DNA of 64,000 bases, taken from the NCBI RefSeq assembly GCF_018350175.1, contig NC_058368.1, positions 152,460,001 to 152,524,000 of the forward strand, written 5' to 3'. Positions 1 through 11,369 of the stretch are shown piece by piece (within the stretch, counting starts at the first letter, position 1; every line of letters begins with the position of its first letter). The notes below the pieces were generated by a model. That model did not search any database and was not told the DNA's origin. It saw only the letters and a program-made list of their open reading frames with translations. Position numbers and translations under genes: made by a program. The stretch is from Felis catus. Taxonomy: Eukaryota.

Positions 1-526
1 AAAAAAAACTCAAAATAAGAAATCTATATATGGGTATAATAACACATTAGACAAGCAAAAGAAAGGATTAATGAATTAGAAAATAGTTCATTTGGAAAAA
101 AAAAATCCAAACTGAAACATAAAGAGAATAAAAGAGCAGAAAATTCAGAAAAGGCATTACAGTCAGATGGGTCACAGTAAAAGGTTGTAACAGACATGTA
201 AGTGGAATATTCAGGATGACAGCTATGGGGCAAGTCTATAGAGCAACCAGTGCAGATGAAGGCCGAAGAACAGATCTCTAGAAGAGCTATTTCTAACACA
301 GAGTGAATACAGTGGTCATTCAAAGTATTAGAATTTCAGTTCTGTCAGAGAATTGGTGATGAATCAGTGATATTTACAGAGAAAATTTTTTTAAAAAGAG
401 ACTTTTTATTTCAAAGAAAACATAAGCTATATCAGAAAGGCAATGAAATACGGTATAACATATGGTTTGCTATGCATAATATATGATCATAACAATGTAA
501 ACAAATATTGACTTAAATAAAACATA

Positions 527-771
527 TAGGATAAAATCTTGGATTATGAGTAACTTATTCTGTGAGTATTCCACAAAACCAGCAAATATTTCTAATAAAT
601 TTTAACTTGACACGTGAGTGATGTCTTGCAAGACAAGTAGTACATGATGCTGAATGTCACATGATCACAACTGAGCCAGTGGTTCTTGAAATTCGCTTTG
701 ATATACAAGTACTTTGGATTACAAGCGTGTTTCCTAAACAACTTATGCTCACAAACCAAGGTTTTAGTGTA
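527..771. mobile_element. Tc1/mariner (Tigger-like) MITE
   Basis: Imperfect terminal inverted repeats: TAAAATCTTGGATTATGAG (532-550) vs reverse complement of 748-766, 16/19 match; TA near both ends. Confidence 0.65.
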
Positions 772-895
772 TAATTTTACTGAAAGGATGAGAATGGAGA
801 AATATTTCTGTGTTGAAGTGATAGGATATAAGAAAGCTAAATCATAATCTTCTAGAGCAAAAAGTCAATGAATAATATTTAAAACTGACAAATCA

Positions 896-1058
896 GGGGT
901 GCCTGGGTGTCTCAGCTGGTTAAGCTGTTGATTTCAGCATAGATCATGATCTTACAATTTGTGAGTTCCAGCCCCACATCAGACTCTGCAATGACAGTGC
1001 GGAGCCTGCTTGGGATTCTCTCTCTCTCCCTCTCCCTCTGCTCCTCCCCCCTTGCACG

Positions 1059-1091
<33 letters not shown>

Positions 1092-1119
1092 AAAATAAAT
1101 AAAATAAAATAAACCTTAA
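896..1119 (+). mobile_element. CanSINE (SINEC-type)
   Basis: tRNA-like head GGGGTGCCTGGGTG, (CT)n, A tail; TSD AAAACTGACAAATCA (881-895, 1120-1134). Confidence 0.95.
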
Positions 1120-2491
1120 AAAACTGACAAATCAAAAAATAATGATAAAAGCTGTTATTTCGATATATGGAAGCAAATATTTTTTTTAAATCAGCTAACA
1201 GTAATTTAACGCAGTTGCGTCTGGAGAGAAGGAATTTGTAGAGAAGAGAAATAAAACAGGAGCCAGCTATTTTTTATGAGTCTTAAAGTATTGTTTGATT
1301 TCTTAAGCATACGTAAGTATGACTTTAAAAAAAATACATTAAGATAAAAAGGATAAAGAAAATAAAATGACTGGTGTATGGTAGGTATTCCATAAATGTT
1401 TATTATATAAATTGTAAGACATCAGGGAGTATGGTAAAACGTAAGTCATCGACAATTTGTTGAGCTCAGGATCCTTCCAGAGGAGTGAAGCATTGCCTGA
1501 AATTCTGCCCTGAGTGCATCTTCTGCCTGAGAGTGTCTTCTCCCTTCCCCACCACCCCCCTCCCCGCATTTGCTGGAGTCTCTTGATAACTATTCAGCAG
1601 GACTGTCCCGCCTCAGAGAAGAGAAAGCAGCTGCCTACACAAAGCTAGTTGATAACACTGAATTGTCACATGCCTGTAAACGAATAATATGAACTTCCTG
1701 AGGCCTCGATTTTTCAGTTCTTCCAAGCTCATAGAGTCTGGCTACTAACCGAATAGTAAGGTCAATTGGCTTTCTTCCTTGGATTATTAAACTTAGAGAA
1801 ACTTCAAGCCCTGATTAGATCCAGATTGTGGTGGCAGGCAAGAAATCGCCTATGTTAAAAAGCTGGAATAGTTTATCCCTCCCCCTACCCCCACCAAACA
1901 ACAACAGCAACAACAACAGTATAAAACTCACATTCCACCTCCAATCAAGTCTGCTTAGGTGGCCATGTATCTGAGAAATGATATTTATAGTGAGGCTATT
2001 TACAGCTTCAAACAGCACAAGCAAACCTGATAAGTACCTGGAGATACAAAGCTAGTACAGAGCAGAGGCTCAGGGCTTTTTATTAGGATGGATGGATAGA
2101 TGTATGGATGTAAGGACAAGTATTGACTCGGGAGACAAATATGGCACACAGCAACTTAATCTTAGACACGCAGGGGCCAAAAATATGAGAGTGAGGCAAT
2201 ACCTTCTATACTCCTTCCTCCACAATTTTGGGTTCAAACACGGTTATCTTATGCAGTCAAAGATCTCAGAGTTGGAAGGGATATTAGGAGATTGTTTTGT
2301 TCTCTTTAACAGATGAAGAAACAAAAGCTTTAAGAAATCACAGTAGGGGAAAATTCTGGGAAGACAGTGGTGGCAGTTGGGGTAGTTTTAAATCACCTCA
2401 AATTGTCTTAAAAACAGAAAACAGCATGACAGCAAAACCAAAAACCTGCAGACCAACATGTAAAACAAAATAGGTGATAAGATATTGTGTG

Positions 2492-2690
2492 TTTTTTTAA
2501 GTTTATTTATTTATTTTGAGAGAGAGCACAAGCAGGGGAGGGGCAGAGAAAGAGAAGAGAGAATCCCAGGCAGGCTCAACACTGTCAGTGCAGAACCTGA
2601 GGTGGGGCCTAAGCCCACAAACCATGAGATCAGGACCTAAGCCAAAATCAAGAGTCGGACGTTTAACCAACTGAGCCACCCAGGCACTCC
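2492..2690 (-). mobile_element. CanSINE
   Basis: T-rich end, ends CTGAGCCACCCAGGCACTCC; flanked by GTGATAAG(A/G)TATT. Confidence 0.92.
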
Positions 2691-3062
2691 AGTGATAAGG
2701 TATTTAGTTTATTGAACCCCCAAAACAAATAGCAACAAAACATCAACAGCGATACAATCAATGTGGAGTCAGCATTTCTGTGTAAGGAGGTAGAGGGGTG
2801 TCTTCACAGACCCGAGGACAACAAAACCCCCAAATCAGTAGAAAGTGTTGCAGACCAAGATCAAGGCTTCTTCCTAATAAAAATAAAATTTTTATTTTGG
2901 AGGTATATGTGGATTTCATTGATATCACAAAAGATTCATACACTCTACTCTGTGGAGCGTCACAGAAAATCTGAATATTGGTAAGTCATCAGGTTATACT
3001 GGTCCATCAATTGGCAATTTTTAAACATTGCTAAGAAAATAAAGAGCAGTTTGAAAGACTAT

Positions 3063-3064
<2 letters not shown>

Positions 3065-3104
<40 letters not shown>
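3065..3104. repeat. (GT)n microsatellite
   Basis: About 20 uninterrupted GT units. Confidence 0.97.
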
Positions 3105-3107
<3 letters not shown>

Positions 3108-3999
3108 CTTACATATATCAATGTATCGATATTTTTAAATAATCTTTCCTTCAAGCTATTAGCTTTGTACTCTTTGCACTAAATCAAATGATTCTAGAAA
3201 AATCACTATATTTTAGTTTTAAAATTGTTTGGAACTATGAAATTGACCTTTAAAAATAGTAATGTTTCAGCCAAATGCTCAGGTATCCTTTTAGCATTAG
3301 GAATACTTGCTCTCATCTTGCTGATATCAAAACTGCTATTTTCCTCTCAAAATGCATGAGAAGATGTCCAGTGTACATTGATATGGTGCCCCGAGGATGT
3401 CTCTATTTATAATGTGGGGTATCTCATGAACAATTCTGGTTCTAGGCAATAGTGCTCCAAGGCAGAACAGAGTGGTCTGTCCCAAGTGACTTTCTTAGGT
3501 GGCCCCCTATGATGCAAATTGGGCTGCCCTCGAGGCACCCTATAAATTTATTATAAAAAATCTAAAATGAAAACCCACAAAATAACAAAAAAAGTTTGTC
3601 TTACTAAAACGAAAACTATTCCCCTGAACTCAATGTAACTTTAAAATAGAGCAGAGCAACAGTTACCATAAGAACCAATGGAAGAGGCCACTAGCACTAT
3701 TTTATTAGGAAATTCCATTTTATTAGGAAGAAGCACTGGTTTCTTGTATATAACTCTGAAAGAAGTAAAAAAAAAAAAATTCTAATCTGAAGTTGCTGAA
3801 GTGATTACGGCGCCCTATGTGCTTTGCAATCATTATATCGCTTTGTGGTTAGACATGAGCATCAACATTGTTACAGTTTATTGTGTCCAGAAGTTGTCTT
3901 AACAGCCTTCTTATCACTTACTTTGACATCTCCAGAAATGTATGTTGGCAAGAATGGTTGGACAAATAGTTAAATAAAAATCTGAAACTGCCTTTTAAA

Positions 4000-4795
4000 C
4001 TCTAGTTTAAACTCTAGTGACATCTGCTTCTGGCCATGATAGAGAAACAGGGAATCTTCCACCTTAAGCAATGAGAAAACAGGACAAAAATATAGGAAAG
4101 AATCGTTTTCAGACATTGAACAATAGGCAGCACAGGAGTGTGCAACCTAAGAAAAGGGAAACAATGTGAACTCTACTATCGTTCCACTTTACTCCCTGAA
4201 GGCAGTTTCCAGTTCTCGGAGAAGACAAGGAAACCCAGACTGAGCCCTGTGGTCTTGCTGGGTTTAAGAGGCAGAAGCTGGAATTCAGGGCAGCCAAGAC
4301 AGGTAGAATTTCCACAGCAAAGTGCCAGAGAGGAGGGAGCTCCACAGATAGAAGTTTCCAGAGATCAGTGGAGGATTTCCCACAGATCTTTAGCTGAGTA
4401 CCAATCTGCACGTGCAAGAGAAAGTAGTGCCTTTGACCAAATAAAGAAGCAGCAGAAAGCAGAAGGCCAATTTTCCATTCCGACAGGGCCAGAAACTGTG
4501 CCTGTCCCAACCAACCAGGGTGAGAAGACTCATAATACTCGAAACAAGAGGAGGTATCTTCAGGTTGTACTGCTTTTGTTGCCAGGCCAAATTAGCCCTA
4601 GTTTAAAGGCTGTTCTGGATCTGCCTAATAAAGCTTAAAACTCAGCCTCAGGGCACCTGGGTGGCTCAGTCGGGTGAGCCTCAAGTTCATCTCAGGTCAG
4701 GCTCTCATAGTTGGATCCCCGCATCTGTGCGACAGCTCAGAGCCTGGAGCCTACTTTGGATTCTGCCTCATTCTCTCTCTGCCCCTCCCCCCATC

Positions 4796-4833
<38 letters not shown>

Positions 4834-5410
4834 AAAAATAAATAATAAAAGCAAAACAAACAAAAAACAAAAAAACTCAGCCTCAAAGGAATCTGGTTCC
4901 TAAGACTTAACTGTGTGCCAGGACAAAATACAACACTGTTTATAGAAATGCCAAAACATTTAGCACTCAAAAACAAAAGCACAATATCCAGTATCCAATC
5001 AATACTCACCACACAGGAAAAGAAGCATACATGAGAGATAATAGAATTAGCAAACACAAGTGTGACGAGGAGAGAAATGAGGTTTGTTTTTTTTTTAAGG
5101 GAACACTTAGAGATGAAAAGTTGAGTACCTGAAATAAAATATATACACTGGGTATGATTAACAGCAAATTAGGAGCTGCATGGGGGAGGGGGAGCACATT
5201 TGAAGACAAGCAAAGGCAACTATCCAAAATGAAGCACGGAGAAAAAAAAAACTGGGGGTGGGGGGCGGGAAGAAAGGTATCACTGACCTCTGGGATAATA
5301 TCAAGTTGTCATAATATGTGTGTGATCAAAATCTAGACGAAAGCCAAGAGTACAGAGGAAAGAAAAATCCTTGAAGAAATAATGGCTAAAAATCTCCCAA
5401 AGTTGGTAAA
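4000..5410 (+). mobile_element. Degraded old L1 5'UTR/ORF1 relic
   Basis: A-rich with L1M-like segments (GAAGAAATAATGGCTAAAAATCTCCCAAAGTTGG); no intact frame; interrupted by a SINE. Confidence 0.55.
4651..4871 (+). mobile_element. CanSINE
   Basis: GGGCACCTGGGTGGCTCAGTC head, (CT)n, A tail; TSD AAAACTCAGCCTCA. Confidence 0.93.
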
Positions 5411-6899
5411 TTCTACTTAGTTTTAAATTCACAGTATCTCTGAAAATTCTATTCTCCAATGATTGATAAACCTAACACTTGACTTGGGGAGACAAAAAGC
5501 CAAAAATTCAAAGCTAGTACTGAGAAATTCAACACAATGTCTTAACTGTGTTATCAAGGGGGAAAAAAGAGAGAGAGAGAGAGAAAGAAAATAATTAACA
5601 GCCATAAGAAGTGAATTAAGGTTGAAATGTCATGTGGTACTTTAGCCTGAATTCTGAATTTCCTTGTTCTCATCGATCTAAATCAGGCCCTAATGATATT
5701 TAAATGAAGCTACTTGTAATTCCCATAATAGGCAAACAGAAGGGAGGTTAAAATAATTCTATTATTTCACAATGATGAAACAGATTGAATATTTCAATTA
5801 TTCTACTTATTATAGTACACATAGAACAATGCACTGTAATCTGCTTCGATATATATAGGCTCTTTAACCACACCACAGTGGGACTAATACACTCCATTTG
5901 GTTGAGCTTCACTCGCTGATTCAGTGTTGGAATAAAGTACTTCACAGATTAGCTTAGTCTGCAGCACTTAAAGGTCAGGATTTATTGTAATGTAAATCAC
6001 AAAGCAATTTTATCTTGACAGAGATTACATACTGTTACAATATTTCTCGCTGAATCTAGTGATGCGTTTGCTTTTTCTTTGCAACTGCTGTGCAAATTGG
6101 ACCGTAGCCCAGAAAAGAAAAAGAGATGGCAGGCTGCTTTGGCTTTTTAGAAACAACTTAATTCTCTTCATTTTTCAAAGTTCCACAAGAAAAAAAAAAT
6201 CTCTGAAAATACACATAAAATCATACATAAATACTTGTAAACCTTTACAAACCCTAAGCTCAAGTGCACACAGATATCTGTGAATGATCATCTATCAAAT
6301 ATTTCTATGTGTTTCAGGAAAAAGTATAATATAATTGCTAAGGACTAACCTCTAATCATTCATACTCAGGTGTCTTGATACATTAGCTAAATTGTCTCCA
6401 TTATACAAACAGAATAAGAAGCATTCAAGTCTGATGAAAGGCATCACAAATAAAAAGAAAACAAAGTATAAACAACTTTGGTGAAGATTAGGAAGTCCAC
6501 TGCTGTCAGTGGTCTTTGTAACAAATATTGAGTGGCAGAGTGGCAACACCTTCCCAATTTTTCTTTCTTTGGAGACTGCGCTTAAACTAGAAACGGATTG
6601 GGACTAGAAATCAGAAATTCCTTTTTGATTACCAGGGAATTAAATGAGCTTTTCACTTAATTTGAGGAGTTTGAGGCATCTTTATTCCTGAAATTCTCAA
6701 GACAAGACAAACTAGTTTCCACCGTAAATTATGTCTCTCAAAAAATAAACACAAATAAAACATCCCCACAAAGTTTAAAACAGTGTATGTATTAAATTTT
6801 GCCAAGTTTATCAATTCTTCATTCATGGTTTACATGAATAATGTATAAAAATGGTGTGGTAAAGCCCCAGACTCACCAGAAAATGTATATCCATGGCTA

Positions 6900-7115
6900 G
6901 GAGCGCCTGGGTGGCTCAGTGTCTGACTTCGGCTCAGGTCATGATCTCGCGGTTTCTGAGTTTGAGTCTCGCGTCAGGCTCTGTTCTGACAGCTCAGAGC
7001 CTGGAACCTGCTTCAGATTCTGTGTCTTCGTCTCTCTCTGCTCCTCCCTCTCCCCCACTTGTGTTCTGTCTCTCTCTCAAAAATAAATAAACATAAAAAA
7101 ATTTAAAAAAGAAAA
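6900..7115 (+). mobile_element. CanSINE
   Basis: GGAGCGCCTGGGTGGCTCAGT head; TATCCATGGCTA duplicated on both sides. Confidence 0.93.
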
Positions 7116-8294
7116 AGAAAATGTATCCATGGCTAATATTCAACTGCGATTACTCTATTTCTATTCCCCTCACCTGGGCCGCAATTGGGTATTCACCTCA
7201 GCTCCAACTCTTACAAAGCACCTTTCCTGGAATGAAAGGTGACCTAATACTGTTTATCCAAATCCTGAGAAGCTTGTTCTTTCGTGCTACTGGCTGTACC
7301 CTGTCAAGGAAGGCTTTCCCACCTATCAGTCATTCTGGGTCAAACTTCCTATATCTGTAATCCAATTTTAGTTTGATTCGTTTTCCTTAAATCAACTCAA
7401 ATGTTGGTCTACATGAACTTATTTTTAAAAATTTACTTCCAAAATTATAGATTTGACTTGATAGTTTAGAAAGAAATAATGTGTGCTGTATGCTACTTGA
7501 AACAGTCTCATGTGCCAGCTGTTGTCTATGTGGCACATTCAGGGAAATACAAGCTATACAAAGAGTTATGGAAATAGGAGTGAAGTTCAACTTGTAAGTG
7601 GGCAATAAATGATGTCTTCTTATTCATAAAATACAGGAACCCGTCTCCATAATTACATGTGCAATTACGCACAGGCACTTGCCATCTGAAAGTTCTCTCT
7701 ATACAGACCAATCACACATCCCGATTTGCTTGGGACAGTCCCCGTTTATACCTCTTGTTGTCCTGAGGCTCCCTCTTTCACTCTCAAAAATGTCCTGGTT
7801 TGCATCATACCCAAAAGGCTGGAGCTAATCATCCCCAGAAAACCAGAAGGTCAAAGATATTTCTCATTGACCACACACTCTTGTCTTCTGTACACAGACA
7901 GCCCTTCAGCTCTTCCATACATGTTATTTTAATCTTCATAACAACCCTGGGAGTTAGTAGTATATATAAATTACACATGCGGGAACAGGCTCAGGGAGGT
8001 TTAACGACTCAGTGTTCATACAGTTATTACGTGACGCAACTAGGATTCACATCCAGATCTCTGCTCCACGTGAAGGGATCCCTTCTAGGGGATTAGGAGG
8101 TGTGGGGGTGAGGGAAGGAAAAGTGTGGGTTTGAGAGGCAGAAATATCCTGAGAAAAGGCCCATTCCCTTTCATACTTGATTTGAAGAGATTAGAGCAAG
8201 AAACAGGTCTGTAATATTGCCACTTCCCATTTCAAAAGAATTCATGTTCCCTTAAAGCTATATTATCTGCACTGGTTAGATTGCCAGGATTATA

Positions 8295-8330
8295 GTGTTT
8301 GCTTCGGCAGCACATATACTAAAAAAAAAA
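8295..8330 (+). pseudogene. 3'-truncated U6 snRNA retrocopy
   Basis: GTGTTTGCTTCGGCAGCACATATACTAAAA matches U6 nt 1-30 with 2 C>T changes. It is followed by an A run and (GA)n, and flanked by AGA(T/C)TGCCAGGATTATA at 8278-8294 and 8360-8376. Confidence 0.9.
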
Positions 8331-9469
8331 GAGAGAGAGAGAGAGAAAGGGAGAGAGACAGACTGCCAGGATTATAATCAACAGGCCTTGTGAATTAAAT
8401 GGACAGCTGTGTTCTGCCCTGAAAATCTAACCAAACTCTTAATTACAAGTGAGATTTTATAACTCAGTATTCTTTTTGATGCTGAAAGGAAAAGAAAGAG
8501 GGGAAAAGGAGGCACCCCTGTGGGGAGACAAGAAGAAAAGAGAAGGACGTAAGGAAACAGCCTGCCTTTTCTGCCCCACCCTCCTTCCCTCCTGCACCAC
8601 TGCTCGCTGCCAAACACATCTACCCTCCCAGCTCGCGTGCGGGAGGGCCGAAAGCTTTACATGACACCACTGGTTTACACCCTGAGGAACGGCGCGTGAG
8701 CTGCAAATACACTTTGAAGCAACTTTCTAAAAGGCACATCTATATTTACCAATGTGTTCCACATGATTAAACTGTGAAATTTGTCTCCAGTTTGGCAATA
8801 CCTTTGAGAGATGTTGTGAGGTTTAGAAAGAAAATGCCTGCGAAGTGCCTTAAGTTTCATGAAAGGAAAGCACCGTATACATCCAAAGGTGCTACTCCAC
8901 GCCTTGGCGCTATATTGGTGCAACAGCAAATAAAATAGCCTAAGTTATGATGTCACAATGTTGTCATGCAACATCATACACAGTGAGAGCAAGAAAAATC
9001 TGTTTGTAGGATGCCTCTTTTCCCCTCCTCTTCTGCATGTTAAAGCATATGGTATCCAAAACTAGTTCACAGTGAACTTCATTTCTGCCACTGCTGTAAA
9101 TGAAGTTTCTTCTCAGGCAGATGTCAGTGCTAAAACTTTGGTGTTCATAAATACCAAATTTACATAAAATCTATACAGCTTTTTTTTTTTTTTCAAAAAT
9201 CTTTCTTGGTTGGTGTAGGATGATTGGCTAGGATACATAGGTCACTTATTTCTTTCTGAAATGATTATACATTTCCAAATTCACTAATTTGAAAAACAAT
9301 AATTATGAGGGGGCACAATGACATTCCTTGAGGTCTCTGGCTATAAATGTCACGTGCCAGGTTGAAAGAAAGACAAAAAATTAGTAAGTTAACTGAGATA
9401 TTCTTGGATTGTCAATTTAGGCTTATGGTTCCAAACTACTGGTCACCATTTATTGCAAAAAGCATCATT

Positions 9470-10167
9470 TGTAGATAGAATAGGAAATGACTCTCATAGG
9501 TACTTTATTTCCTGAAAACATCACCAAAATAACCTTTTCATAAAGCAAACTTGAGTTTATTGCTTGCCACAGTAAGTGAGACCACTACTTTGACAAGAAT
9601 CTTGGTGGAGTTTCAGAAGAGGTAAAATAAAGATCAGATATGTATAAGATATGGGAAGTTTGGTTTAAGATGGATCTTTTGGTGTGAGAAGAGGGGTTTC
9701 ATTATGATTGGGCAAATCTACGATCTAATAGTTTAAGATTGGTAGACACAAAATGGGGGAGGTTTAAAAAGAAAGGGCTTCAAAGCAGTTTTGAGGAGTA
9801 AACAGTCCTTTAATGTTGCTTTATTTGAGTAGCCTAATATCAGTTTAAAAGGATTTTCAGGAACTTTCTGAAATGAACACTAAAGTTATTAGCAACTTGA
9901 TCTTCCCAGGCAAATTTCTGAAACAGTAAAATCAGTTTGATGAAGAGAGTGGAATAATAAAGTCACATTAATGAAGCATCTGAATTTTTTTTATTTTTTT
10001 CATTTATTTATTAGTTAATTTACATCCAAATTAGCATACGGTGCAATAATGATTTCAGGAGTAGAGTCCCTAATGCCCCTTACCCATTTATGAAGCATCT
10101 GAATTTTAAAGTCATGGTAATGTAAACCATAAGCTGTTACAGGTATAGATGGTCTTGGTTTTCAACA
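9470..10167. mobile_element. Probable solo LTR (family unresolved) interrupted by the short L1
   Basis: Begins TG (9470) and ends CA (10167); flanks CATT/CCTT; minus-strand AATAAA near 9556; LTR-like composition. Confidence 0.4.
9989..10089 (-). mobile_element. Very short (101 bp) 5'-truncated L1 3' end
   Basis: Perfect 18-bp TSD ATGAAGCATCTGAATTTT (9971-9988, 10090-10107). Minus strand reads AAATGGGTAAGGGGCATT...CTCCTGAAATCATT...GGATGTAAATT plus A-rich tail, resembling carnivore L1 3' ends. Confidence 0.85.
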
Positions 10168-10987
10168 CCTTAATCACTAGTGTTGTTGAAATTCTACTGG
10201 AAAAGCCCAGACACCAAGAGCAGCTCCTTTTCTGAATAAAGGACGCACTTTAAACCACCAAAGCAGGCAAAGGCTTCCTCTCAGATGCCATCTTCCTTCA
10301 CCTTGTTTCATTGCCGATGACATTCTGATGGAACCATTTTTTCTTAAAGAGGTTACTTCCTTCTAGAAGATCACAGTCAATTCTGGTTTTAGGGATTATT
10401 CCTTTCTTTTGTATGACCTAGTAGAACTCTGTGTATACGATATAGTTTAACACTTTGAGGATAAACCAGAAGTTCTTTGGCAACCCCTCATTGTGCTTGC
10501 TGTAATAAAAATCCTGATCATACCTCTATTCTGTTTAAAACTTTTTAGTAAGTCTTTGTCCTCTAGATGATATCTAAGCTTCTCAACATGCCTCTCGAAC
10601 CATATTTCTCTCTGCTCCTGTCTCATCGCACCACATCTATGAGCACATACTTGAATTCTATATGCCAATTGCATTAAACTACTTGCAATTTCAGAATATA
10701 CCTGGCTGTCTTCCCTCACTGGAAGGGCTTCTCCATGTAGAGCTGTGTCTATCTCATAATTGTCCATTTATTTGCTAACATGTTCCTCTCTGTCAGTAAG
10801 CAACTTGAGGGCAAGTACTATGTCTTACCATATAGTCTGGGAAATAGAGGCCACTCAAGATATTTTTTCAATAGGTAGTCAGTGAATGGATAGAGCAAAT
10901 TTTATGATTCTGACCAAAAAAAATTCATAAAATGACAAGATTTCAAAAAATCATCTGATAGACCCTAAACAATGAAGAGGAATTCTT

Positions 10988-11202
10988 TTGTATAATTTTA
11001 TTATTTTTTAATGTTTATTTTTTTTTGAAAGAGAGAGAGTGTGTGAGCAAGGGAGGGGCAGAGAGAGAGGCAGAGAGAGTAAATCCCAAGCAGGATCCAC
11101 ACTGTCAGCACAGAACCCAAAACGGGGCTTGAATTCACAAACTGTGAGATCATGACCTGAGCCGAAGTTAGTCCCTAAAATGACTGAGCCACTCAGGTGC
11201 CT
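10988..11202 (-). mobile_element. CanSINE
   Basis: Reverse SINE ending ACTGAGCCACTCAGGTGCC; TSD GAGGAATTCTT. Confidence 0.92.
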
Positions 11203-11369
11203 TGAGGAATTCTTACAGTGTTAGTTCCAAATCAACAGTAAATTTTAAGAGAATTAAAAAGAAGGTTTGCACAAACAAGATTTTTTTTGGTTTTAATTTC
11301 TTTTTAATTTTAATAGGTAATGCAGTTAGTTAATGGTTTAAAAATCAAGAAATATAAAGTGTATTGCAC

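Noticed and set aside
4138..4638. 166-aa ORF and overlapping antisense ORFs
   Set aside because: No recognisable domain; lies in a degraded L1 5' region; best explained as chance.
8295..8330. Functional U6 snRNA gene
   Set aside because: Only about 30 nt of U6, no recognisable PSE/DSE promoter, and retroposition hallmarks are present.
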